This document shows, in pieces, positions 44,033 to 51,097 of a DNA stretch of 64,000 nt. Each line of letters starts with the position of its first letter. Positions within the stretch are counted from its first letter, which is position 1. Position numbers and translations under genes: made by a program. Location of the stretch: the NCBI GenBank assembly GCA_038237345.1, contig JBBRYU010000001.1:375-64374 (forward strand), read 5' to 3'. The notes under the pieces were generated by a model. It did no database searches. It was not told the DNA's origin and saw only the letters and a list, made by a program, of their open reading frames with translations. Origin of the DNA: Pyrinomonadales bacterium (lineage in GTDB: Bacteria > Acidobacteriota > Blastocatellia > Pyrinomonadales > Pyrinomonadaceae).

Positions 44033-44562
44033 CCGCGCTTCGCCTTCATCACTTCAGCCTTAACGAGTTCAATCGCCTCGCCCACACGGGCTGCGACGAC
44101 GGGGCTGAACTCCAACCCGAAATCCTCTTTCTGCGGCTCGATCTCGACGATGGTCACGTCATCGGGAAGAACGCCGAAGTGCTTGCAGACGATCAAAAGA
44201 TTTTCCAAACTGATGACCCCGGTGATCGCCTCTTCGACGCACGCCTGTATCCCGGCATTGTCGGGCAGCACCCCGTCCCAGGCGTACACCTCCAGCGTGC
44301 CCGGTTCGCGCCCCCGGTTAGCAGCGCTGACGAGCACGACCTTGTCGTATTTAACGGGAGACTCTTCGAGCCACTGGTAGATCATGACGGGGCCGAAATT
44401 GAGGTCTTCGACGTGGACGTGCGGGGGCCAACCCATCTCCGCCATTTCCCCATACAGCACGCGCCCGAATGACAGGTCGCTCATGTTGGAATAGCCGATG
44501 CCCGAAACCAGCACCCTACTGATTTCGGAATGCGGAATGCGGATTTCGGATTGAAGAGTCAT
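44029..44562 (-). CDS. hydrogenase maturation endopeptidase-like protein (divergent)
   Basis: VLVSGIGYSNMSDLSFG stands in place of the GIGNxxxxDDGxG motif. The size (177 aa) and the position directly after the large subunit fit. It overlaps the downstream gene as ATGA. Confidence 0.65.
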   Translation of the reverse strand: MTLQSEIRIPHSEISRVLVSGIGYSNMSDLSFGRVLYGEMAEMGWPPHVHVEDLNFGPVMIYQWLEESPVKYDKVVLVSAANRGREPGTLEVYAWDGVLPDNAGIQACVEEAITGVISLENLLIVCKHFGVLPDDVTIVEIEPQKEDFGLEFSPVVAARVGEAIELVKAEVMKAKRG

Positions 44563-44613
44563 AAGACAGAAACATTCTTTGGCTTGCTAATCCGAAATCC
44601 GCATTCCGAAATC
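44521..44613. repeat. 25-bp inverted repeat bracketing the start codon of the maturation protease
   Basis: Left arm gatttcggaatgcggaatgcggatttcggatt (44521-44552). Right arm aatccgaaatccgcattccgaaatc (44589-44613). The reverse complement of the right arm equals the left arm minus one tandem atgcgga copy. ATG 44562-44560 lies in the loop. Confidence 0.7.
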
Positions 44614-44624
44614 TGCCATCGTTA

Positions 44625-45899
44625 TTATCCTTCAGCCGAACAGGCACAGGTGTTGACCTCGCGCACGATCTCGCGCTCGCCGCCGTAGATGTGCGTGGTG
44701 CAGGGCATGCAGGGATCGAAGCTGCGGATGGCGCGGAGCATGTCCACGCCCGTGAAATCCTCCGGGCGCGCGTAGTCTTCGAGGATCGGCGTGTTCAGCA
44801 CGGCCTCTTCGTAGGGGCCGGGGTTGCCGAACGGATCTTTCGGCGAGGCGTTGAAGGTGGACGGCGTGACAATCTGGTAGTTAGTTATTGCGCCCTTATC
44901 TAGCGTCAGGTGGTGCGACAGATAGCCGCGCCCCGCGCCCCAGAAGCCGACGCCGATGCGCTCGCCCATCGGCACCTCGAATTTCGTGCTGACTTTGTCC
45001 TCACCCTTGCGCAAGAGGTCGAACGCCTTCAAGACCATCGTGTAGGCGACCATCAGGTTGTAGCCCATGCAGTAGGCGCGCGCGCGGTTGCGCTCGAAGG
45101 CGTTCCACACCGTGGGAATCTTCCACTCGAAATCCATCTCGCGCAGCATCGTCTTCGGCATGTGAAACTTGAGGCTGTGGCCGGTGGCTTCCATGAACTG
45201 GTTCTTCGGCATCAGCCCGGCGGCGGCGGTCGTCCAGATGCGGGCGTAGGCCCCGGCTTCGACCACCTGCCTGTCCCAGCGCGGCGCGGTGTCCCACGTG
45301 TAGCGATCCTTCCAACTCTCCTTCGACGGCTTCGGCAGCGTCTCTTTATTCCACGGATGATTCGGCGAGAGCGGCGCGCCCGACGGGTCGGTCATAAACC
45401 GCTGTTTGCCGTTTTGGTTCCAGTCTTCGTAATAAGAGTGTTCGACGAACTCTTCGAGACCGAGGTTGAGCTGCTGCAACTTCGTCGTGACGAGTTGGCC
45501 GTCAATGACCGCGCCCGGTGTCGCCCAACGTGCTTCGCCCCACTCGTTGCACCGCGCGTAAGACGCATCGTAAGAGTTCTCGTCGTCCCACATGCCGAGG
45601 TCGATCATGTTTGCCGCCCGCGCGCCGACCTGCTTGTATTCGGGATTGTAGTCGTAGAAGAACTCGGTGAGATCGTCCCATAGCAGGATCATCCGCTTCG
45701 TCCAGTCGATCATCTTCTGGAGCCGCGTGTAGGTCTCGTTGAAGTCCGTGATCGTGACTGTCGAGGACATGCCGCCGGGCACGACCGTCTGCGGGTGCGG
45801 GTACTTGCCGAAAAGCACGGAATAGGCTTCACGCGGTACGCGCGTCATCTTGAGACCATCGAGATACAACTTGCCGGAGAGCGGGTTTAAGCCCTTCAT
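44625..45899 (-). CDS. [NiFe]-hydrogenase large subunit, C-terminal 424-aa part
   Basis: FGKYPHPQTVVPGG region and the C-terminal Ni-binding box RSFDPCMPCTTH. It is in the same frame as 45915-46496, separated only by TAA plus 15 nt. Confidence 0.85.
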   Translation of the reverse strand: MKGLNPLSGKLYLDGLKMTRVPREAYSVLFGKYPHPQTVVPGGMSSTVTITDFNETYTRLQKMIDWTKRMILLWDDLTEFFYDYNPEYKQVGARAANMIDLGMWDDENSYDASYARCNEWGEARWATPGAVIDGQLVTTKLQQLNLGLEEFVEHSYYEDWNQNGKQRFMTDPSGAPLSPNHPWNKETLPKPSKESWKDRYTWDTAPRWDRQVVEAGAYARIWTTAAAGLMPKNQFMEATGHSLKFHMPKTMLREMDFEWKIPTVWNAFERNRARAYCMGYNLMVAYTMVLKAFDLLRKGEDKVSTKFEVPMGERIGVGFWGAGRGYLSHHLTLDKGAITNYQIVTPSTFNASPKDPFGNPGPYEEAVLNTPILEDYARPEDFTGVDMLRAIRSFDPCMPCTTHIYGGEREIVREVNTCACSAEG

Positions 45900-45914
45900 G
45901 ATGTCACCGATAGT

Positions 45915-46496
45915 TTAGAACTGATGAACCTCGGCGTTCGCTGCTTCCGTCACCTTCGCCTTCTCCCACATCGCCGGGGTGGTCGCTTCGACGACGACCT
46001 GCGAGTAGTCCGGGCCGGCGAGCAGGAAGAGATGGAGCGGGTGGTCGTACAGAAAATCGAGCGCGAGCGCGAGATTGCGCAGCACCGTACCGAGCGGCGG
46101 CGGCGAAATCCCGAAGGCCATCTCGATGGCCTCGCAAGCGGCGGTCGAGTGGACGCCGCCGCAGACGCCGCAGGCGCGACTCGAAATATAGATGGCGTCC
46201 CGCGGGTCGCGCCCCTTCAGGATCACTTCGTAGCCGCGAAAGATGGTCGCAATCGAGTTGGCGTCGAGGAACTTGCGCTCCTGCAAATCGGCCACGGCGT
46301 GGAACGAGAGCGCGCCCGCCACGCGCGTCACCGGCGAGATGCTGACATCCTTGATGTGCCCGTTGCGCGCGAGCAGTTCTTCTAGCTTGTCACGCTTGAT
46401 CTCACGCGGTTTGTAGGCGTAAGGGTCAACCATCCCGCCTTTGAGGTGCGCGTTACCCTGCGCGTCGAATTCAACTGGAAGATTCTTGAAGCACAT
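45915..46496 (-). CDS. [NiFe]-hydrogenase large subunit, N-terminal 193-aa part, ending at an in-frame TAA (45917-45915)
   Basis: Contains the L1 box SSRACGVCGGVH. The N-terminal motif reads SPVTRVAGAL instead of the usual PxTRxEGH. Confidence 0.85.
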   Translation of the reverse strand: MCFKNLPVEFDAQGNAHLKGGMVDPYAYKPREIKRDKLEELLARNGHIKDVSISPVTRVAGALSFHAVADLQERKFLDANSIATIFRGYEVILKGRDPRDAIYISSRACGVCGGVHSTAACEAIEMAFGISPPPLGTVLRNLALALDFLYDHPLHLFLLAGPDYSQVVVEATTPAMWEKAKVTEAANAEVHQF

Positions 46497-46604
46497 TTAT
46501 AGGAAGTCTCCGTTGCCACCTGTTCTCGCGTTAACTTAAGGTCTGCCTGTCTCAGAATGAAACCGCTCATCACGCGACACGGTTATGGAAAGCGACAGCC
46601 TGTC

Positions 46605-46928
46605 TCAGAAGTTAAAAGTTTCTTCCTCGGCGACCAAGAGAACCGGCGGCCCGCCGGTGGAAATTGAAGTGGCGTGCGCTAACGTCTCCTGCCCGCCGGC
46701 GGAAGCGGCACAGGCTTCGAGGGCTGCCATTGACGGAAAGTGGATTTCCGCGATCCGGTGAAATGCAGGCTCGCCCTGTGGGGAGCCGAACACCTTCGTC
46801 GCTATGAATTTGGTCTTGCCTGCCAGCTTTTCAATGGCCATCGGCACATGCTCGTCTTGATAGGCTTTCTCGAAGGCTTCGAGATCATCCGGGCGAGGGT
46901 ACATCACGATTAGTTTCACTCCAGCCAT
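46605..46928 (-). CDS. EthD-family protein
   Basis: Start MAGVKLIVMYPRPDDLEAFEKAYQDEHVPM (ATG 46928, GGGAGGG upstream). This is the typical EthD pattern. It lies between the small and large subunit genes. Confidence 0.75.
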   Translation of the reverse strand: MAGVKLIVMYPRPDDLEAFEKAYQDEHVPMAIEKLAGKTKFIATKVFGSPQGEPAFHRIAEIHFPSMAALEACAASAGGQETLAHATSISTGGPPVLLVAEEETFNF

Positions 46929-46950
46929 TTTCCCTCCCGTCAACAAGTGC

Positions 46951-48375
46951 TCAAACTCTCTTCGCCGCTTCCTTCGCCCGATCTTCGGGCAGCACCTGAT
47001 AATCACTGTCACCATAGACACGACCGGGAAGGCTCCGGTGTCCCAGGGGGAACTTCACCTGCGGATTTCGTTCGGGACGCTTCGCACCTTGAAACTGCAT
47101 CGCCTCGTAGAAGACTTCGAGAATCCTGTGCGTGAGCGAAGTGTTGCCCTTCTCCATCGCCCACCCGCTCGGCACCGTGTCGTGCCAGCGTATTTCGCGG
47201 TTGCGCTCGCGCTGGCTGATGCGCCGCAGCGGACGGATGATCGAGCCGAGCAGGCGCGAGGCGTTGCTCGACACGAGCGATCCCGGCGGCGACTTGTAGA
47301 AGGGCGAGAACTTGTCGGGGAAGCCGGGCATCGTGCAGCCGATGCAAGGCGCACCGGAGTTCATGCACCCGCCCATGTGCGCGATAGCGCCCTTCTCCGT
47401 GATGTTGCAGTTGACGACCGGCCCCCAGCAGCCGATCTCCACTAGACACTCCTTGTCGCCGTACTCTTTCGCGAAACTCCCTTCCTCGTAGAAGCCGGCG
47501 CGCACGCAGTGGGTATGTACCGTCTCGGAGAACTGCCACGCCGGGCGACCCAGCTCGTCGAACTCAGGTAGGGGGCCGAGACCTTGCAGGAAGAGGAGAA
47601 TCGCCTGCACCGCGTCGGTGAAGTTGTCGCCGACGGGGGCGCAGCCCGGAATGTTGATGACGGGCAAGCCGAGAGCGGAGCGGTAATCTTTGCCGAGCCA
47701 ATCCATCACGCTCATTGAGCCGGTGATGTTGCCGTAGGCCGCGGGGATGCCGCCCCACGTCGCGCACGTGCCAACGGCGATAACGGCCGCCGCGCCCGGC
47801 GAGAGCCGCTTGATCCACTCGGCGGTCGAGACGCGCCGGCGCTGATTGCTCGGTGCCCAGAGGGGCAGCGAGCCTTCACCGGCGAACGGCTCGCCGCCGG
47901 CGGTCAAATTCTCGTCGGGGATCGAGCCTTCGTAAGCAATGACGTAAGGGCCGTCGAGTTCCCCCCGCTCGGCCATCAACAGCGATTGGATGTAATGGTC
48001 GCCAGCTTCGAGTTGCAGCACGTAGTGGTGCAGGATGACGAGCGGCACGCCCGGAATGGAGCCGGTCAGCAAATCTTCGAGCGCCGGTTCGGTCGCGCCG
48101 CTCACAGAGACGGTGCAGCCGTCGCAACTCATCCCGGCGAGCCAGAAGACGTAGACCTTCTCTAACGGGCCGAGACTAAGCATGGTCTTGCCCTGCGACT
48201 CGTGTATGTCTTCGATCAATTCTTCCGACGTGCGTCGCCCGACGTTGCCAACTTGATCCGGCAGGCTGGTCGTCGATGAAATACGCTGCTTATGACTACC
48301 AGCCTCGCCGCCGTGTTTCTCAGGAATCTCGCCCATTAAATTTCCCTCTCCCCATGCTGTGCCAGCGATGCTCAT
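46951..48375 (-). CDS. [NiFe]-hydrogenase small subunit (long form, no Tat signal)
   Basis: FWLAGMSCDGC, AVGTCATWGGIPAA, NIPGCAP, and the distal cluster CWGPVVNCN...GGCMNSGAPCIGCTMPGFPDKF. There is no RRxFxK plus hydrophobic region. A C-terminal extension of about 110 aa is present. The start overlaps the upstream small gene as ATGA. Confidence 0.85.
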   Translation of the reverse strand: MSIAGTAWGEGNLMGEIPEKHGGEAGSHKQRISSTTSLPDQVGNVGRRTSEELIEDIHESQGKTMLSLGPLEKVYVFWLAGMSCDGCTVSVSGATEPALEDLLTGSIPGVPLVILHHYVLQLEAGDHYIQSLLMAERGELDGPYVIAYEGSIPDENLTAGGEPFAGEGSLPLWAPSNQRRRVSTAEWIKRLSPGAAAVIAVGTCATWGGIPAAYGNITGSMSVMDWLGKDYRSALGLPVINIPGCAPVGDNFTDAVQAILLFLQGLGPLPEFDELGRPAWQFSETVHTHCVRAGFYEEGSFAKEYGDKECLVEIGCWGPVVNCNITEKGAIAHMGGCMNSGAPCIGCTMPGFPDKFSPFYKSPPGSLVSSNASRLLGSIIRPLRRISQRERNREIRWHDTVPSGWAMEKGNTSLTHRILEVFYEAMQFQGAKRPERNPQVKFPLGHRSLPGRVYGDSDYQVLPEDRAKEAAKRV

Positions 48376-48662
48376 CCACGCAGCAACGCTTCGCCCACCG
48401 TACCCACGTTTGCGTCCACGTTGGTGAAGTGCGCCGCGACGGATTCCAGCCCGCCCGCGAGCGCCGTCAAGCCCCCGTTGAGCGTCTCCACCCCGCCGAG
48501 CATCTCCGTCTCTTTCTCAATCGCGCGCACGCCCCAGTTGATCTTCTCGATATACTTTCGCACCGATTGGAGCGTGCGCAAAATCAGAAAGAGAGACACG
48601 ACGAGCGCGATCAGCAAACTCGCGGCGAGCAGCGCCGTCAGGATCGTTAACAGCAATATCAT
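48372..48662 (-). CDS. small single-pass membrane protein D (96 aa), DUF948-like architecture
   Basis: GGAGGAGG precedes ATG 48662. MILLLTILTALLAASLLIALVVSLFLIL, then ...ETLNGGLTALAGGLESVAAHFTNVD. Paralog of protein B. Confidence 0.7.
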   Translation of the reverse strand: MILLLTILTALLAASLLIALVVSLFLILRTLQSVRKYIEKINWGVRAIEKETEMLGGVETLNGGLTALAGGLESVAAHFTNVDANVGTVGEALLRG

Positions 48663-48663
48663 C

Positions 48664-48969
48664 TTACGACCTCCTCCCGACGAGCGCGGCCCCGACCGCA
48701 CCCAGCTTCTGTTCAATCGAAGCCGACCCCGCATCAATCGCGCCGGCAACAGCCAGAATCTTCCCGGCCACGCCCCTCGTCGTTTCCAACCCCGAGATCA
48801 GAGCGGTGTTGCGCACGATGCCCTGCGCCGCAGTGAGCGTAGTGGACGCGAGTTGCAGGATGTCTCTCTCTGTCCGCACGATCAGGAACACGAGTTTCAA
48901 AATAAACAGCGTCAGGATGAGCGCGACGATTAAGGTCGCCGACCAGACGATGATGATCGCAGTGTCCAT
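48664..48969 (-). CDS. small single-pass membrane protein C (101 aa)
   Basis: MDTAIIIVWSATLIVALILTLFILKLVFLIV, then ...VRNTALISGLETTRGVAGKILAVAGAID..SIEQKLGAVGAAL. Paralog of protein A. Confidence 0.7.
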   Translation of the reverse strand: MDTAIIIVWSATLIVALILTLFILKLVFLIVRTERDILQLASTTLTAAQGIVRNTALISGLETTRGVAGKILAVAGAIDAGSASIEQKLGAVGAALVGRRS

Positions 48970-49016
48970 AGTTCACTCGCCTTTCAAATGACGGGGCGAC
49001 TCCGAGTCGAGAGCAG

Positions 49017-49316
49017 TCACACCATCTCACCGATGCCGAGATGCGCCGCGACTGCGTTCAAGCTCTCGTCCACCCCGGAGAGATGCCCGTCAACCGACTG
49101 CAACCCATCCCCGACGCTTGTCAACCCGCCGTTGATGAATTCCAGATGCCCCTGCAAAGGCGCGGTGTTCTCCCGCGCCTGAATCAGCCCGCGCTTAACT
49201 TCGGCGAGCGCGCTGCCGATGCGCCAGAGGTAGAAGCAGATCGTAATCAGGCTCACGGCCAGCGCCAGCACCAGCACGACGGCGTAGATGACAGTCAGCC
49301 ACGTAAGTAGTCGCAT
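49017..49316 (-). CDS. small single-pass membrane protein B (99 aa)
   Basis: Start MRLLTWLTVIYAVVLVLALAVSLITICFYL (ATG 49316, GAGGTG upstream), then ...EFINGGLTSVGDGLQSVDGHLSGVD. Confidence 0.7.
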   Translation of the reverse strand: MRLLTWLTVIYAVVLVLALAVSLITICFYLWRIGSALAEVKRGLIQARENTAPLQGHLEFINGGLTSVGDGLQSVDGHLSGVDESLNAVAAHLGIGEMV

Positions 49317-49320
49317 CCCG

Positions 49321-49629
49321 TCACCTCTTCGGCGCGAGCGCATTGCCGAGCGCCGCTATCGTGTTGTCAATTGATTCCGCGCGCGTGTTGATCGACTGCG
49401 CGGTCTCCAGAATCTGCCCCGCGACCCGGTTGGTCACGTTCAGCATCCAGATCGAGACGGTGTTGCCCGCGATCTGTTTGCCCGCGTCCCAGATGTTGCT
49501 CGCGTTCTTGTTCACGCGGTTGGCCGCCGCGATGAGCATGATAAGCAAAACCGCGACGATGACGATCACCACCGCGCCCGCGACGAGCGAGTAAGTCCAG
49601 ATCGTCATCGTGTCCATGTGCTCGAACAT
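49321..49629 (-). CDS. small single-pass membrane protein A (102 aa)
   Basis: Start MFEHMDTMTIWTYSLVAGAVVIVIVAVLLIMLI (ATG 49629, AGGAGGG 8 nt upstream), then ...AGNTVSIWMLNVTNRVAGQILETAQSIN..SIDNTIAALGNAL. Confidence 0.7.
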   Translation of the reverse strand: MFEHMDTMTIWTYSLVAGAVVIVIVAVLLIMLIAAANRVNKNASNIWDAGKQIAGNTVSIWMLNVTNRVAGQILETAQSINTRAESIDNTIAALGNALAPKR

Positions 49630-49630
49630 C

Positions 49631-50428
49631 CTATTTCCCTCCTGCTTCAACGGCGTTGCTTGCGAATTCATGTAGGAGAAAATCTGCCACGCGCGACAGC
49701 TCTGCGACGATGGGAGCAGTCACATCGTAATCAATCACCGCGCGCCCCGTCCTGTCAGCCTCGGTTACGTTCTCATCGAAAGGAATGCCAGCTATTAGTT
49801 GTAAATCGTGCTTACGGCAATATGCCCGGACGGCTTCCTCGTCCTGCGGACTGCGGAGTTTGTTGCCGATGCCGTAGATGCGCTTTAGCCCTAGTTCGCG
49901 CGCGAGCGGCACAGTTCGTCCGGCGGTCTCCATCGAACGATAGTAAGGCTCAAGGACGACGAGCAGCGCGTCAACGTATCTGAGCGTGCCCCGGCTCAGA
50001 TGTTCGATAGAAGCCTCCATGTCCATCACGGTCACGCTCTCTGTACTGTTGACGATCTCACCGACGAGGCTGCGCACGGCAGCGTGTGCGCCGCAGAGTC
50101 AACCCGCGCCCGCGTGATCGACGCGCGTGCCGACCAGCACCGTCACACCGTCGGGGGCCTTCAGCCCGTACTGGCTGATGATCTCGGCCACCGGTCTCGT
50201 CAGCACATGTCGGGTCGCGCCCGTCTCGTCCTCGCGCCGCTCGACGATGCTGCGCGGTATTGACTCGATCTCCACGCCGGGGCCGACGCCCAGAGCCTGT
50301 AAGAGATTAGGATTCGGGTCGCCGTCAATCGCGAGCACGGGCAGACCGCGCCGGGCCAACAGGCGTGTGAGCGTCGCCGAGATGGTAGTTTTGCCGGAAC
50401 CGCCTTTACCACTGACCGCAATCTTCAT
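49631..50428 (-). CDS. CooC-type (MinD/ParA superfamily) nickel-insertion ATPase with an in-frame UGA at 50101-50099
   Basis: Track ORFs 50099-50428 and 49631-50077 share one continuous frame. The joined product is 265 aa: MKIAVSGKGGSGKTT..., AIDGDPNPNL, GTRVDHAGAG-UGA-LCGAHAAVRSLV, VMDMEASIEHLSRGT. The UGA replaces the first Cys of the CooC CxC motif. Confidence 0.75.
50069..50094 (-). other. candidate SECIS-like hairpin after the CooC UGA
   Basis: mRNA GCGCAC-ACGCUGCC-GUGCGC (6 perfect bp, 8-nt loop), extended by 2 bp across one mismatch. The perfect stem begins 7 nt after the UGA. Found by hand folding only. Confidence 0.35.
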
Positions 50429-50524
50429 AGACTGACTCCTAGTTCAAGGAAACCGTTTAATTGAAGCTGTGGGTTCGCGCTCATCATACTCCCGGCGCTG
50501 TTACATGAAAAGAGTTAATACTCA

Positions 50525-50591
50525 CTTCGATTTATCGAAGCGTGCGCAAAAGGGAATTGTGAATCCGCAGGGCGCAATCTACAATCCGCAG
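50525..50591. promoter_or_regulatory. divergent control region: a 7-2-7 palindrome and two AATCCGCAG direct repeats
   Basis: cttcgat-tt-atcgaag at 50525-50540. aatccgcag at 50562-50570 and again at 50583-50591, giving a 21-nt period. The region lies between the CooC-led operon (minus) and the protease-permease operon (plus). Confidence 0.4.
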
Positions 50592-50593
50592 TT

Positions 50594-51097
50594 GTGATGA
50601 GAATCCTGATCGCCGGTGTCGGAAATGTGCTGCGGGGCGATGACGGCTTCGGCGTCGAAGTAGCGCAGGCGCTCGCCCGCAACCGTAACCTTCCTGCTAC
50701 CGTCACACTATTCGAGGCTGGGATAGCCGGCATCCCGCTCGTACAGGAGTTGATGGACGGCTACGACGCGCTCATCATCGCGGACGCCGTCGAGCGGGGC
50801 GGCGCGCCGGGCACGATTTATGTTATCGAGCCTGACATTGCCGATCCTGCCCTCCTTGATCCTGCCGCGCTACACGCTTCGTTAGCCGATGCTCATTACA
50901 CGGAGCCGTCAAAAGTCTTAATTCTGGCCAAGGCGTTGAGCGTGTTACCGCCGCAAGTATTCGTCGTCGGTTGCCAGCCGGCGGGCTTCGATGAGTTGGG
51001 GGCTGAACTGAGCGCGCCGGTGCGGGCCGCGGTGCAGTTGGCCGTCCAACGCATAGCAGCGCTGGTCGCGCGCCTGAGTCAGCAAGAGACATTATGA
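50594..51097 (+). CDS. hydrogenase maturation endopeptidase (canonical HybD/HupD type)
   Basis: MRILIAGVGNVLRGDDGFGVEVAQAL, ALIIADAV and DAHYTEP. Its stop overlaps the downstream ABC permease start as ATGA. Confidence 0.85.
   Translation: MMRILIAGVGNVLRGDDGFGVEVAQALARNRNLPATVTLFEAGIAGIPLVQELMDGYDALIIADAVERGGAPGTIYVIEPDIADPALLDPAALHASLADAHYTEPSKVLILAKALSVLPPQVFVVGCQPAGFDELGAELSAPVRAAVQLAVQRIAALVARLSQQETL

Noticed and set aside
44625-44700. Possibility that the hydrogenase is a [NiFeSe] enzyme, given the selenium theme of the window.
   Set aside because: The C-terminal Ni-binding box reads DPCMPCTTH with both Cys encoded by TGC/TGT-type codons. There is no in-frame TGA in either large-subunit fragment, and the interrupting stop is TAA.
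46545-46610. A 13-nt direct repeat gcctgtctcagaa at 46545-46557 and 46598-46610, spanning the ethD stop and the gap before the large subunit gene.
   Set aside because: It is short and present only twice. It could be a small duplication scar or chance, and I can support no functional inference.
46951-48375. A Tat signal on the small subunit, suggested by the VGRRTSEEL segment.
   Set aside because: The twin Arg is not followed by the F-x-K consensus or by a hydrophobic h-region, and it lies about 45 residues into a polar N-terminus.
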